In this document: positions 17,537-29,061 of the stretch, one piece after another
Numbering within the stretch: position 1 is the stretch's first letter
Layout of the letters: the number at the start of each line of letters is the position of its first letter
Source of the DNA: Candidatus Omnitrophota bacterium
GTDB taxonomy: Bacteria; Omnitrophota; Gorgyraeia; Tantalellales; Tantalellaceae
NCBI GenBank assembly: GCA_015231405.1
Contig: JADGBR010000013.1
Coordinates: forward strand, 7,222 to 71,221
Reading direction: 5' to 3'
DNA length: 64,000 nucleotides
Translations under genes and position numbers: made by a program
Notes under the pieces: generated by a model
Told to the model about the DNA's origin: nothing
Seen by the model: the letters and a program-made list of their open reading frames with translations, nothing else
Databases searched by the model: none

Positions 17537-19075
17537 TTATTTATTGACCGGAGTGATACCCCTCTGTAGAAGCTCTATTATCTTCCCTCTCACGTCACCC
17601 CTGTCGTTAGGGTCCGGCGCCTGGACGTTCGATAGGAAAACACCATAAGCAGATAAAGTGTCGTGATCTAGCTCAGCGGCTTTAGTGTAGTCTGCCATGG
17701 AATTTACGTAGTCCCCGGCCAGGTATCGCGCGAGGCCCCGGGTATAATAAGGTGTGGCTTTCGCGGGATCCAACTCTATGGCTTTATCCGAGTCCGCGAT
17801 GGAATTCTTGAGATCCCCTTTCAGGAAATACGCCCATGCCCTGAAAGCATGAGCTTCCGAGGTGGCCGGGTCTTTCGATATGAGGATATCGTAGTCCGAT
17901 AAAGCCTCGCTAGTCCGGCCCATCGATAAAGATATTTCCGCCCTATATCGGTACGCGGGAACATAATCCGGGTAGAACGATATCGCCTTGCCGCAATAAT
18001 CCAGGGCTTTTTCCATAAGTCCGGCCTCGGTGTATATGTACGCCAGTTTCATATAAACAACGTGGGAGAAAATGAAATTCGGGTCGATTTCAACGGCTCT
18101 TTCGAGATCCTTAATGGCTTTGTCGGTCTCGTTCATGTGGAGATAGGTGACGGCGCGCCCCATATGGTACATCGGGTCGTTCGGGGAGAGCTCTAAGGCT
18201 TTATCAAGATCAGATAAAGCTTTATCGTAAAGCTCAAGCCCGTTAAGAACTGTTCCGCGGGCATAGTAGGATTCGGCCATTAAGGGGTTTTCCGTAACGG
18301 CTCCGGTATACACCTCGACCGCCGAAACGGTATCGCCTTCGCGCTCGAGGATATTGCCAATGGAATAAAGGAAATCGGCCTTTCTGGTCGGGTTCAGGAT
18401 AAGCGCCTTTTTAAGGTCGGCTTTAGCGCTGTCGTATTTTTCTAGTTCGGCTCGGGCCATGGCCCTTTGCCCGAAGAGCTCGAATGAATAAGGATTTTTT
18501 CCTAGGCCGTCCGAAAATTCGCTTTCAGCTAACCCGTACTCTCCGCGTGAGAGAAAGATCCCGCCGCGACCGAGGTATATCTCTTTGTCGATGGATCCGA
18601 GTTCAAGTGCTTTACGGTAATCCTCAAGCGCGGCGTCAAAGTTCAAGAGGCGGGAGTAAGAATAGGCGCGAGAAATGAATGTGGAGGGGTTCCTTGCGTC
18701 CTTGGCGATAGAAAAAGAAAGCTCGTCTATAGCGTTAACATGGTCCCCGGTGATACCGAGTATCTCCCCTATCATTTTGTGGACTCGAGCGTTGTTAGGC
18801 GCGAGGTCCAGGTATCGTTTGAGATCCCGGAGGGCGTTTTGGTACTGGCCGGTCACGCTGTAAGCCGTTCCTCTGAGAAAAAAGGCCCGGGCGTTATTCG
18901 GATCCTTTTCGAGCGCTTTCGATAATATCTTAATGGCCGGTGTCTTGTAGCGGGTGAATTTGGTCAAAATAAAGCCTTCCGCTGTAAGGAAAGGAGAATA
19001 GGCCAGGGAAGCGTATAGGAATAGGCAGGCGAGCAGTATAGAAGCAATAGTGGCGGCGCTCTTCTTGGTTACCAT
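17537..19075 (-). CDS. tetratricopeptide-repeat protein with N-terminal signal/anchor
   Basis: Multiple TPR units (AxxYxxLGxxyxxxGxxxxAIxxyxKALELDP pattern repeated >8 times). Confidence 0.8.
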   Translation of the reverse strand: MVTKKSAATIASILLACLFLYASLAYSPFLTAEGFILTKFTRYKTPAIKILSKALEKDPNNARAFFLRGTAYSVTGQYQNALRDLKRYLDLAPNNARVHKMIGEILGITGDHVNAIDELSFSIAKDARNPSTFISRAYSYSRLLNFDAALEDYRKALELGSIDKEIYLGRGGIFLSRGEYGLAESEFSDGLGKNPYSFELFGQRAMARAELEKYDSAKADLKKALILNPTRKADFLYSIGNILEREGDTVSAVEVYTGAVTENPLMAESYYARGTVLNGLELYDKALSDLDKALELSPNDPMYHMGRAVTYLHMNETDKAIKDLERAVEIDPNFIFSHVVYMKLAYIYTEAGLMEKALDYCGKAISFYPDYVPAYRYRAEISLSMGRTSEALSDYDILISKDPATSEAHAFRAWAYFLKGDLKNSIADSDKAIELDPAKATPYYTRGLARYLAGDYVNSMADYTKAAELDHDTLSAYGVFLSNVQAPDPNDRGDVRGKIIELLQRGITPVNK

Positions 19076-19377
19076 GATAGTAATATAGCACGAAAAAAGC
19101 GACCTGGCAGATAAAATATTGTTTTATTGGATGTCTTTTATCCAGACCTCAAGGACAAAGGGAAGCCTTCTTACCGAATGAAGTTCTTAGAGATAATGGA
19201 ACAGCTCTAGGACGGTAAGCCCGTCGAGACGGCCGACCTCGAGGCGGTGTACGCGTCGTTGCGGGGAAGCTACGCTTTTCAATGGATAAAATAATTACAA
19301 TTTATTAGGCCATTGAGCATAGCCGATCGCAGGATCGTTTGATCTATATTGACGGATAAATTCCGATCACGATTATG

Positions 19378-20787
19378 TTATTCAACGTCCTTGAACTTAA
19401 CGGATCCGATCATGTCAACAGCAAGCTTTTCCTCTTCGGCCAAATTGCCTTTGGGCACTTCCGGATCCGGCGTCTCTCCAATGGGAAAAGTATAACCGAA
19501 ATCCGCAATCAACATTTTATCCTTAACCGGGGTGTAATAAATTTTCCACACGTAACCTTCATTTTTGACAGATGATACCGGATCACTCGCGACAAGAACA
19601 CACTCACCCCATGAATGATCTCTTAAGTTTACGACCTTGATCGATCTTGTCTCAAAAACGCCGTGTTCTTGTTCCAATGACTTCCTGATCAATTCGTTTT
19701 TTTCAAGATTCTCATAACGAATTTTCTTGCCGATATTCTGGTCTGATAGATCTACAGCGCTGAGCTCAAGGCCCAGATCTTTTAGGGGGTGTGAATACAA
19801 TCTCACGGCTATAGTCTGCCCTTTTTGCCTTTTAAAATGAACTAGCGTGTACTCTAATCGCGGAGTTGTTTGCTTGAGCACCCATCTTCCGCTAGGCCTA
19901 TCAAGAGTCACTCCTTCAGGAAAAACTATGGGCGGGCTTATCGTTGCCAGTACCTTTTGGGCAAAAGAATATCCTGTTTTGGAATAAATAAATCTGCCGA
20001 TCTGCGAGATCCAAATACCGCTTAGGGCAATAATCGCTATTATCAAGGCCGCTGCTAATAAGCACCCGGAACGGGATCTGTTGATCGCTTCCGGATCATT
20101 ACCTGGTTCTGTTGCTTTGATCTCCTTTAGCTTGTGATACAACAACACTTGTCCCGCAATTAAAAATGGCATAACAAGCGCCTGAAAGACATTGACTAAA
20201 AATCCGGCTAACTTAGGATGTGTCTTGGTTAATGCTAAAGCTGGAATTGGCGGCAGGAGAAAAGGGAACGAAATGATGGCAAGAAAGCAGCACGTTTTCC
20301 AGAAAAAACCCTTTATGAGTTGACTGCTCATTTTTAATGAGCCGTTCCCTTTACGCCCCTCGATAATTACCGCCAAATCCGACAAACAAAAGATTATTCC
20401 CCAATAAATGCCGGGGATAACAAAAAGCAGCAGACCTGCCAACGATATAAGAAAACAGATAGAAACTACCCCGATCACTCGCCAATATTTCCCCTTAGTT
20501 GCCGTAAAACAATCGGCTACAGCTGTCTCTTCGTTGCGGTATCTCTTTGATGCCGCAATAACCAAAGCGATATAAGCCCATATTCCGATAAAAAGGCTTG
20601 CAGAAGATAAAATAACGCTCAAACTATTGGGAGAGATAGTTTCAAGTAATGCAGGTATTACACCGAGAAGGGAGATCCCAAGAAAAAGACGAAGGTTATT
20701 CCTGAATAGCGTGATCGTTCCTATCAAAAAAACTCTTACATTAAATTTCTGATCGGCCGGCTGACGAGGACCAATGTCTGTATTCAT
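19378..20787 (-). CDS. hypothetical polytopic membrane protein with C-terminal soluble domain (AT-rich gene)
   Basis: About 8 predicted TM helices; GC clearly below flanks; no recognisable catalytic motif. Confidence 0.5.
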   Translation of the reverse strand: MNTDIGPRQPADQKFNVRVFLIGTITLFRNNLRLFLGISLLGVIPALLETISPNSLSVILSSASLFIGIWAYIALVIAASKRYRNEETAVADCFTATKGKYWRVIGVVSICFLISLAGLLLFVIPGIYWGIIFCLSDLAVIIEGRKGNGSLKMSSQLIKGFFWKTCCFLAIISFPFLLPPIPALALTKTHPKLAGFLVNVFQALVMPFLIAGQVLLYHKLKEIKATEPGNDPEAINRSRSGCLLAAALIIAIIALSGIWISQIGRFIYSKTGYSFAQKVLATISPPIVFPEGVTLDRPSGRWVLKQTTPRLEYTLVHFKRQKGQTIAVRLYSHPLKDLGLELSAVDLSDQNIGKKIRYENLEKNELIRKSLEQEHGVFETRSIKVVNLRDHSWGECVLVASDPVSSVKNEGYVWKIYYTPVKDKMLIADFGYTFPIGETPDPEVPKGNLAEEEKLAVDMIGSVKFKDVE

Positions 20788-20833
20788 TCCGTAACCTTTC
20801 CAGGGTTCGCGTCCACAATTAGGGTGGGTAATG

Positions 20834-21019
20834 TTAGATGGAACGCTTTTTTAAAAATGCGAAGCCCGATCCTGATTTTAGGTATATCTCAAATTCAACA
20901 CCCTTATTCTTTTGATCGAAAGTAATGTATGCCGCTGATTCCCAAGGTCCATATTTACGGCTATACGATGACTTGTCGGCATTATTTTCATCTACCGGAC
21001 GGGAAATATCCTCTGTCAA
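20834..21019 (-). CDS. small hypothetical ORF
   Basis: 61-aa ORF in AT-rich segment; weak support. Confidence 0.2.
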   Translation of the reverse strand: MTEDISRPVDENNADKSSYSRKYGPWESAAYITFDQKNKGVEFEIYLKSGSGFAFLKKRSI

Positions 21020-21218
21020 TCCGATATATATTCTATCGGGTAATTTTTTGCTGATAAGGATGTGAACTATTATCGTATTTGTTATGGTCCTCCTTCGCCA
21101 AATTATTTCATATCACTTGGCTACGGAGGACAACCTTCCGCCTTTTCTAGATTAATATTTGGCTTGTAACGTCGAAGCCAACCGAAGCCAAATAATACAT
21201 AAATAGTTTGGCGAAGGT

Positions 21219-21308
<90 letters not shown>

Positions 21309-21465
21309 CGCGGGGTATTCTATCAAAAAACCGGATGGATTACCAGACGCGTTTAAAGGGTTGTCGAAAAACGCAGACTATGAGTGCATATAACGCGTTC
21401 GTTGTTGCTGTGGATGTTCAGGTTGCGGCTTGATTTTGGAGAAACACCCGCACCATGAATTTTCA

Positions 21466-21493
21466 TTGATTATTACTCACCACGTGATAAGAT
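21466..21493 (+). promoter_or_regulatory. promoter candidate (TTGATT-16-TAAGAT) at head of glycan locus
   Basis: Hexamers in AT-rich region upstream of first locus gene. Confidence 0.3.
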
Positions 21494-22556
21494 GCTACAT
21501 ATCATGTTTTACCCGTTAAACCAAGGACATACCGTGTCTGGCGGGGGACGGTTTCAGCAGAAAAAGGAGAATATATTGAAGATATTCATAACAGGAGTGG
21601 CGGGTTTCGTCGGGTCGCATTTAGCCGACTATTTTCTGACCAGGGGGCATGAGGTCATCGGCCTTGACATGGTCGATTCGACAAGGACCATGAACATAAG
21701 ACACATACTTGATAACCCGCGGTTCAATTACATACATGATACTATTTTGAGCAACAATACCGTTAAAGGCCTGGTCGAACAAGCTGATGTCATATACCAT
21801 CTGGCCGCGGCTGTCGGCGTGGAGAACGTTCTGGGTGATATCCTCAACGTTATACGGGTAAATGTCATGGGGACAGAGATGATATTTCGCTTCGCCGCCG
21901 ATTTTAAGAAAAAGGTGATCTTCACCTCTACTTCAGAAATATACGGTAAAAGCTCGAAAGTGCCGTTCGCGGAGGACGATGACAGCCTTTTCGGGCCTAC
22001 CAGCGTTGACAGGTGGGTTTATGCCTATTCCAAAGCCCTGGGCGAATATATTTCGTTCGGTTATTGGAAAGAAGGGATGCCAAGCAGTGTAATAAGGATA
22101 TTCAACGCGTACGGCCCGCGGCTTGACGTGGAAGGGAGCGGCAGGGTGCTTTCACGTTTTATAAAGCAGCTTATCAACGATGAGCCGATCACGATAGTAG
22201 GGGATGGTACGCAGACCAGATGTTTTACATACATCGACGATATAATCAAAGGGCTCGTTCTGGCCGGCGAAAATGAGAAAGCGCTCGGTAATGTGTTCAA
22301 TATCGGGAATCCCGTTGAAATAGATATCAGGAAATTGGCAGATATGCTCATAGATATCTCTGGCAAAAAAGCGAAGATAGTTCATATCGATCCAAAAGTG
22401 CTTTACGGCCAGGGGTATGAAGATATACCCAGGAGGGCGCCTGATGTCAGGAAAGCGAAAAGGGTCCTGGGCTATGAAGCAACGACGCCGCTCCGGGACG
22501 GGATGGAACGGACGTACAAGTGGTTTTTGTCCCAGACGAACGGAGGCGGTGCTTGA
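21492..22556 (+). CDS. NAD-dependent epimerase/dehydratase (extended SDR; UDP-glucuronate decarboxylase/ArnA-C-like)
   Basis: KIFITGVAGFVGSHL Rossmann motif, YHLAAAVGV, YAYSKALGE (YxxxK); true start probably TTG about 21576. Confidence 0.75.
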   Translation: MLHIMFYPLNQGHTVSGGGRFQQKKENILKIFITGVAGFVGSHLADYFLTRGHEVIGLDMVDSTRTMNIRHILDNPRFNYIHDTILSNNTVKGLVEQADVIYHLAAAVGVENVLGDILNVIRVNVMGTEMIFRFAADFKKKVIFTSTSEIYGKSSKVPFAEDDDSLFGPTSVDRWVYAYSKALGEYISFGYWKEGMPSSVIRIFNAYGPRLDVEGSGRVLSRFIKQLINDEPITIVGDGTQTRCFTYIDDIIKGLVLAGENEKALGNVFNIGNPVEIDIRKLADMLIDISGKKAKIVHIDPKVLYGQGYEDIPRRAPDVRKAKRVLGYEATTPLRDGMERTYKWFLSQTNGGGA

Positions 22557-23521
22557 AGAGGACGGGCTGTATCGGTAAAGGGTTCACTGAGGGAAAAGCT
22601 TTTCGGGATTTTATTAACGCTCTCTTGAAGGCCCGGTACGCCGGAACGAAGGGGCTCCTCCGCAAGAACGAGCCGGAGATCATCGCAGGAAATATAACCG
22701 CGCTAATGGAAGACAAGGATAATTTCGGGTTTTTTACCAGTAACGGTAAAGGCCGGATCGACGGGGTCATTGTTGTGTCGGTCCTGAAATGGGATAACGC
22801 GATCCTCGGAAGGGTCATGGCCAAGGCGGTCCTGTGGGGCGATATTTCCGCGGGCGGGAACAAAGCCGCTAGCCTTCTTTCACTGGCTGAGGAAGAGGCC
22901 GGGAGAAGGGGTGTCGGGTATTTTTCCCTGGACGCGTACGCGACGGAAGGGTATGCCCTGGGCGCTTTAGCCCGGAGGGGATATATCCTGGAAGAAAGCA
23001 AATGGAAGATGACGCGCGATATGGCGGCATATAAGACTAACGGACGCGTTCCGGGGGTGAGGGAGTATGCTCCGGGCGACAAGAAAAGCGTGGCGAAGAT
23101 CGCGTATTCGGACTATTCCAACCGGTATCTGGACAATCCGTTCCTCGAAAGCGGAAAGGTGCGGACATTGTATGCCGAATGGGCCGGCAACTGCTGTTCC
23201 GGAAGGTCCGATAAGGTTTTTGTCTCAAGTTCGGGGGGCGGTATCACAGGATTTATCGCGTGCAATCTGGATAAGAGGGGTAGCCGGGCGCCGGGAGAAA
23301 GGACCGGGATTATCGACCTTATCGTTTTGGACAGGTGTTCCCGGGGAAAAAAGACAGGGCAGGCGCTTATTAAGAAGGGGCTTGACTGGTTCAAGGAAAA
23401 CGCTGATATCGTGAAACTTGAAGTTGCTGTCAATAAGTTTCCCGCGGCGGCAATCTACATCAAGCACGGGTTCCGTCCGCAGGCCTTATTTCACGTGTTT
23501 TCCAGGCGGGTAAGACGATAA
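22552..23521 (+). CDS. GNAT family N-acetyltransferase (tandem GNAT-like, sugar N-acetyltransferase candidate)
   Basis: GNAT motif A-like RGVGYFSLDA and GKKTGQALIKKGLDWF..; TTG start overlapping upstream stop. Confidence 0.6.
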
Positions 23522-23569
23522 GGGGAAGATATCGTTCTAAGGCTTTTAGGATACGCCGGTCCGCGGCTA

Positions 23570-25006
23570 ATGGGAGACGGAAGGATGGGAATAGCAGATA
23601 TAGCGGTTCTTGCGGCCATAGCCGCCGGGAACTGGTTCTTGAAGACATTACCCAGGCGGGGGATCCCTCTATACGGCGCGGATAGCTGGATAATGCTGTG
23701 CTGGGCCCGCAAATTCAGGGAGAAAGCGCCTAAGAGCGAGTTCTCTGACCATTTGGTCCATAACGAACGGCATGATTATCCGGACCTCTTCCCCAAAATG
23801 CTCTCTTTTCTTGATGATAAAGCCGCGCTTAAATTCAATAGTATCATACCGGTTTTTTTTGACTTATGTAATCTCCTGATAGTTTTTGGCATTAGCTATT
23901 ATGTTTTCCGAGAAACCTTTCCCGCGGCCGTCTCGGGGGTCGTTTACTCGCTTTTCCCGCCGTTATTGACACAGCACGCTTGTTTGAACTCAAGGTTCCC
24001 GGGATATCTGTTCGTCAATCTCAGCATCGGCTTATTGATCATAGGCAGGGCCGAGGGGGTATTGCCCGCGACGATCGCCGGGATAGCCGCGGGGGGGTTA
24101 GTGCTCAACACCCACAGGTTCTCGGCACAGGCTTTTTTCGCGGCGCTGGCGGGGATGTCTGTTTTTGAGGGGACATGGTATTACGCTCTGGCGCTCGCAG
24201 GGTCGATATTAGCGGCGATCGCTTTTTCGGGGGGATTTTACCTCATTGTCTTGTCGGGACACGCCAAGATCATCCGGCTCCATTATACCAAGTTCAGGAC
24301 AACGCCGTACGAAAAGATCCGGTTCAAAGGATCTATGCTGAAAACGGTCCTGTGGGGATCGATGCTCCTCATTGGAGTATTTGGCGCCGATATGGCAGGT
24401 GCTCATATCCCCGGGATGTATGTCTCCACCGTCAACTGGGCGGTATCCCTGTTCGCGGCTTTTATCCTCACGACTTTCATTATATACCTCCATCCGTTCG
24501 GGCAGGGATACAGATATCTCGAATATTGCATCATGCCTCTTTCCGTGCTGTTCGGGAGCGCCGTCGCGATCCGAGGTCCCTTATGGCCTGTTGCCGCCGG
24601 CCTGTTCGCAGTGTACGCGGCGGTTTCGGCGCGGAAAATATCGGTCCATGCCCGCGAGATCCGGGCAGATTATGAGAACATAGTGGATAAGGACAGGCTG
24701 AGGATATTCGAGATCATAAAAAAGTCCGGCATACGGAATATTCTTTGCGTGCCTAACGCGCTCGCGCAGTCGGCGGCGTATTTCACAGGTAAAAAGGTAT
24801 TGTGGACCTATAACGCGTGGGAAAGGTATCCCTGGATGTTCCCGAAGATAACCATGCCCCTAAAGTTCGAACTCGCGGAGGTCATCAAGGAGCATGATAT
24901 AGACGCCGTGCTGCTTCACGAAAAGTTCGCTGCCCGGGGCGACCTTAAAGCTCGGACAGAGTTGATAGCCGCTGAAGGCCGGTATTTACTGCTGAGGTTG
25001 ATATGA
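23570..25006 (+). CDS. polytopic membrane protein (possible glycan polymerase/GT-C-like)
   Basis: About 10 TM helices and C-terminal cytoplasmic domain; no firm family assignment. Confidence 0.5.
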   Translation: MGDGRMGIADIAVLAAIAAGNWFLKTLPRRGIPLYGADSWIMLCWARKFREKAPKSEFSDHLVHNERHDYPDLFPKMLSFLDDKAALKFNSIIPVFFDLCNLLIVFGISYYVFRETFPAAVSGVVYSLFPPLLTQHACLNSRFPGYLFVNLSIGLLIIGRAEGVLPATIAGIAAGGLVLNTHRFSAQAFFAALAGMSVFEGTWYYALALAGSILAAIAFSGGFYLIVLSGHAKIIRLHYTKFRTTPYEKIRFKGSMLKTVLWGSMLLIGVFGADMAGAHIPGMYVSTVNWAVSLFAAFILTTFIIYLHPFGQGYRYLEYCIMPLSVLFGSAVAIRGPLWPVAAGLFAVYAAVSARKISVHAREIRADYENIVDKDRLRIFEIIKKSGIRNILCVPNALAQSAAYFTGKKVLWTYNAWERYPWMFPKITMPLKFELAEVIKEHDIDAVLLHEKFAARGDLKARTELIAAEGRYLLLRLI

Positions 25007-26040
25007 CGATGCTGAGGCGAACAACGAAAGCGGCTAAACTTCTGGTTATCCGTCCAAGGGGGTGGAAGAGCGCTATTACCAACCAGCTCGCGGCTTATAT
25101 GGGAAGGACCCGGGCGCCGTTCGCGCCTACCCTTGCCGTTATAGAGGTATCGGCCTTATGTTCGCTCGCATGCCCCGTTTGCGAGACCGGGGCCGGGAAA
25201 CTGGGCAGAGAGCAATCTCTTATGTCGCTAGAGGTTTTCCGTACGGTCATAGACAGGATATCGCGGCATATCAACACAGTCTTTTTATACTGGATGGGGG
25301 AACCTTTTCTGAACCCTGAGATATACGGTATGATATCTTACGCCAGGAGTAAGAACATATACGTGGCGGTATGTACGAACGGGGAACAGATGGATACGGA
25401 AGCTCTTTTGGAAGCCGGGCCCGATGAGGTCCAGTTCCAGGTGGCGGGGACAAGCCAAAAGGCCCATGAGAGATACAGGGTCGGGAGCACCCTCCGTAAC
25501 GTCGAGACCAATATCGGTCGCCTGGCCGGAGGTAAAAAAGAACATGGCAAAAAACGCCCCAGGATACTGGCCGGCCTCATAGTCACAAAGTACAGCGAAA
25601 AAGAAGCGCACGCTTTCGACGGCTGGGCGAGAGCCCTCGGCGCGGACGGCAGCATGCTTATAGATCTCTGGGTGCGAGACTATGATCAGGCCGTTGAGTT
25701 TTTACCCGAAGACAGGAAATACTGGCTTTATGATCCCCTGGCGTTCGAGGCGAAAGAGCTGAAGCTGAAGGACGGGACGGGAGGGAAGTGTTATTCAGTA
25801 TGGCACATGGTGACCGTTAACTGGAAAGGCGAAGTCTTTCCATGCTGCAGGGATACGGCTAACCGATACCGGATGGGAGATCTTCTGAAAGACCCGCTGG
25901 AAAAGATATGGAACAGCCGTGAATATATGGAGTTCAGGAGGAAAGTATTGCCTGGCCATTTTGGGCCCGATCTTTGCCGGCTTTGCCCCAGTTTCGGTGT
26001 TCCGAACCTGGGGAGTGTCGATACGGGAGACGGGAAATGA
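25003..26040 (+). CDS. radical SAM/SPASM domain protein
   Basis: CSLACPVC (Cx3Cx2C) and C-terminal Cys-rich SPASM region ..FPCCRD..CRLCPS; ATGA coupling. Confidence 0.75.
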   Translation: MTMLRRTTKAAKLLVIRPRGWKSAITNQLAAYMGRTRAPFAPTLAVIEVSALCSLACPVCETGAGKLGREQSLMSLEVFRTVIDRISRHINTVFLYWMGEPFLNPEIYGMISYARSKNIYVAVCTNGEQMDTEALLEAGPDEVQFQVAGTSQKAHERYRVGSTLRNVETNIGRLAGGKKEHGKKRPRILAGLIVTKYSEKEAHAFDGWARALGADGSMLIDLWVRDYDQAVEFLPEDRKYWLYDPLAFEAKELKLKDGTGGKCYSVWHMVTVNWKGEVFPCCRDTANRYRMGDLLKDPLEKIWNSREYMEFRRKVLPGHFGPDLCRLCPSFGVPNLGSVDTGDGK

Positions 26041-27227
26041 GTAAAATATTATTCCTTTGCTCGTTCTCGCTTGAGGCTGCCCGGAAGAAAGGCATGCCGA
26101 CGGAAGGTATCGCAGCTGAAAGGGATTATACGGGGTATTTCGAGCATGTGCATACGGTCCATTTCCCCGTCGAACCGGAAATGTCCGTAATGATAGGGCC
26201 CAGGCACACGGTGCATGAATTTTCGAAGGGAAGGTTCGGTCCGTTTGCCGGGGTAAAGCTTGTCAATAATTTCTTAAGCGTGGCGGTATTCCTTTTTAAA
26301 GTGCGTCGGCTCCTGATCCGTGAGAGGATAGACATTATTAGGGCCATAGACCCCGGAGAGCAGGGGGCGTACGCTTATATCCTTTCAAAATTGACGGGGG
26401 TCCCCTGGTGCGTTTCCGTCCACGCGGACAGGGACCTTTATCACGATATGGCGGGGACTTTCCTGCTTTTCGGGTCGCGGAAAATATCAAGGGCGGTAGA
26501 GAAGTTCGTGCTCAGAAGAGCGCCGCTGGTGCTGGCGATCAGCAGGTACATAGCGGATTGGGTTATCTCCATGGGCGCGGACCCCGACAGGGTAAGGATC
26601 ATTTACCACGGGATAGACGTTTCCGGGGACGAAGGGCCCGGGGCCGATCCAGGCGTAGGTTTTAAAGTCCCGGAAGGGAAAAAGGTCGTTTCGTTCGTCG
26701 GCCGGCTCAGCAGGGAGAAATACGTTCACGATGTCGTGCTGATAGCGGAAGAACTTTCAAAGAAAAGGAAAGATGCTGTCTTTCTTATCGTGGGAGAAGG
26801 TCCCGAGAAAGAAGATCTTAAAAATATGATATCTGCGCGCGGTCTGGCTGGGACAGTGATCCTTCTTGGCGCGAGGCCCAACGCCGAAGTTAACCGGATA
26901 CGGAAGATATCGGATGTCAATTTCTGCCCTCTTTCGGGGTTCAGCCTTCTCGAAGCCGCGCTTTCAGGTAAACCTGTTGTAGCTTATGACGTGGAATGGC
27001 ACAAGGAGCTGATAGAGAACGGCAAGACAGGCATGCTGGTACCGAAGGGGGATACGGCCGCGGCTGTCGCTGCGATGGACAAACTGCTGAGCGATCCCGC
27101 GCTGGGAGCGGAACTCGGGAAAAATGCCAGAGATACCGTTAAAAACCGACATTCCTTGGAAAAGGTATCGCGCGCCAAATTGGATTGTTATCGGGAATTG
27201 TTAGGTATAAATTCGCGTCGTCTCTAG
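26037..27227 (+). CDS. glycosyltransferase family 4
   Basis: GT4 C-terminal domain FVGRLSREK...LEAALSGKPVVAYDV..ELIENGKTG (EX7E-type). Confidence 0.8.
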   Translation: MSKILFLCSFSLEAARKKGMPTEGIAAERDYTGYFEHVHTVHFPVEPEMSVMIGPRHTVHEFSKGRFGPFAGVKLVNNFLSVAVFLFKVRRLLIRERIDIIRAIDPGEQGAYAYILSKLTGVPWCVSVHADRDLYHDMAGTFLLFGSRKISRAVEKFVLRRAPLVLAISRYIADWVISMGADPDRVRIIYHGIDVSGDEGPGADPGVGFKVPEGKKVVSFVGRLSREKYVHDVVLIAEELSKKRKDAVFLIVGEGPEKEDLKNMISARGLAGTVILLGARPNAEVNRIRKISDVNFCPLSGFSLLEAALSGKPVVAYDVEWHKELIENGKTGMLVPKGDTAAAVAAMDKLLSDPALGAELGKNARDTVKNRHSLEKVSRAKLDCYRELLGINSRRL

Positions 27228-27373
27228 CGGGATGACATAGGATCATGGTATTGGTTTTGCCAAATGGAGACGTTAGACCTTGTTTATCAGGGAGTCCTGA
27301 CAACTTGAGAAAGTATGGATACGATATCGATGATGTGTGTTGTTTTGCGAGCGAGCAATATGGGGGGGTATTT

Positions 27374-27970
27374 ATGGATGCCGTTAATAAAATGGGAATG
27401 AAATATTTTGTCCACCATACAGCCGTCATAGACGATGAAGTCGTGATAGGAGACGGCACTAAAATATGGTTTTTTTCGCATATACTAAAAGGTTCGAGGA
27501 TAGGGGAAAACTGTATTCTTGGTCAGAACGTCGCGATAGGGCCTAATGTAACGGTTGGCTCAGGATGCAAGATCCAGAATAACGTTTCGCTTTATCCGGG
27601 AACGGTCTTGGAAGATAACGTTTTCATCGGGCCTTCGGCGGTATTTACGAACGTGCTGACCCCGAGGGCGTTCATCGAACGGAAAGACGAGTTCAAGCAA
27701 ACGATAGTTAAACAGGGTGCCGCGATAGGGGCCAATGCTACGATAGTATGCGGTGTGACGATAGGTGAATATGCCTTTGTCGGTGCGGGTGCGGTGGTCA
27801 CAAAAGATGTCGCTCCATACGCTTTGGTAGTCGGCGTGCCTGCGAGACAAAAAGGGTGGGCTTGCAAATGCGGAGTTCCGCTGGAAGAGGAAGATGATCG
27901 TTGCGCTTGTCGACGCTGCGGTGCCGAATATGTCATCGAGGCCTCAGCGTTGAAAGTAAAATCTGTTTAA
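27374..27970 (+). CDS. hexapeptide-repeat sugar N-acetyltransferase (WbpD/PglD-like)
   Basis: Left-handed beta-helix repeats IGDGTKIWFFSHI..IGENCILGQNVAIGPNV..; ORF open from 27245 but homology begins near ATG 27374. Confidence 0.7.
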   Translation: MDAVNKMGMKYFVHHTAVIDDEVVIGDGTKIWFFSHILKGSRIGENCILGQNVAIGPNVTVGSGCKIQNNVSLYPGTVLEDNVFIGPSAVFTNVLTPRAFIERKDEFKQTIVKQGAAIGANATIVCGVTIGEYAFVGAGAVVTKDVAPYALVVGVPARQKGWACKCGVPLEEEDDRCACRRCGAEYVIEASALKVKSV

Positions 27971-28000
27971 TTTGCGACAAATAGTACAAGGGGATAATAT

Positions 28001-29060
28001 GGGCAGCAGAATAAAAAGATTCGCCCTTATCGGGTGCGGCCGGATAGCTAAAAAGCACGCCGAAGTCATAAAACATCTTCAGGGGGCTTCTCTGGCCGCC
28101 GTAGCTGATATCGTTCCCGGGAAAGCGGAACATTTCGGGAAGACGTACGGCGTCAAGTGGTATACGGATTATATGAAGATGTTGGAAAGCGAGGATATCG
28201 ATATCGTGAACATCCTAACCCCGTCCGGGGCGCATATTTCGGTCGGAATGGATGTAGTAAAAAAGAAAAAGCACATTATTATCGAGAAACCCCTGTCCCT
28301 GAACGTCAAGGACGCCGATAAGATCATACACCTGGCAAGGGAGAACAACGTAAGCCTCTTTGTAGTCAAGCAGAACAGGTACAACCTTCCGGTGGTCAAG
28401 CTCAAGGAAGCGCTGGACGCCGGACGGTTCGGCAAACTGGTCTTGGGCGCCGTCAGGGTCAGGTGGTGCAGGAAACAGGATTATTACGACCTGGATCCGT
28501 GGCGAGGGACGAAGGCGATGGACGGGGGAGTGTTGACCAACCAGGCAAGCCATCACATAGATCTTTTACAGTGGTTATTGGGACCGGTCGACAGCGTTAT
28601 CGCTAAAACGGCTACGATGCTCGCCCGGATCGAAACGGAAGATACGGGGGTGGTGATCGTAAAGTTCAGGAATGGAGCCTTGGGAGTGATCGAGGCGACA
28701 ACCTGCGCTAGGCCGGTAGACCTGGAAGGGTCGATAAGTGTTCTCGGTGAAAAAGGTTCAGTGGAGATCGGAGGGTTCGCCGTGAACGAGATGAAAACAT
28801 GGATATTCGATAAATTCATCCCCGGAGACGACGATATGGGGAAATATTCACAGAACCCGCCCAATGTTTACGGGTTCGGGCATTACAGGTTCATGGAGGA
28901 AGCCCTCGAGTGTATCAATACCGGCAGAAAATTTTTGGTCGACGGGATAGAGGGGAAGAAAAGCGTCGAGCTTATCAACGCTATTTACAAGTCGGCCGAG
29001 ACGGGGAAAGAAGTTTTTATTGGAAAGAAAGGACATTTTATGGAAGAGGAGATCTGTTAA
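28001..29060 (+). CDS. Gfo/Idh/MocA family sugar dehydrogenase (WbpB-like)
   Basis: FALIGCGRIAKKH Rossmann N-terminus, EKPLSLNVKDADKII motif. Confidence 0.75.
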
Positions 29061-29061
29061 G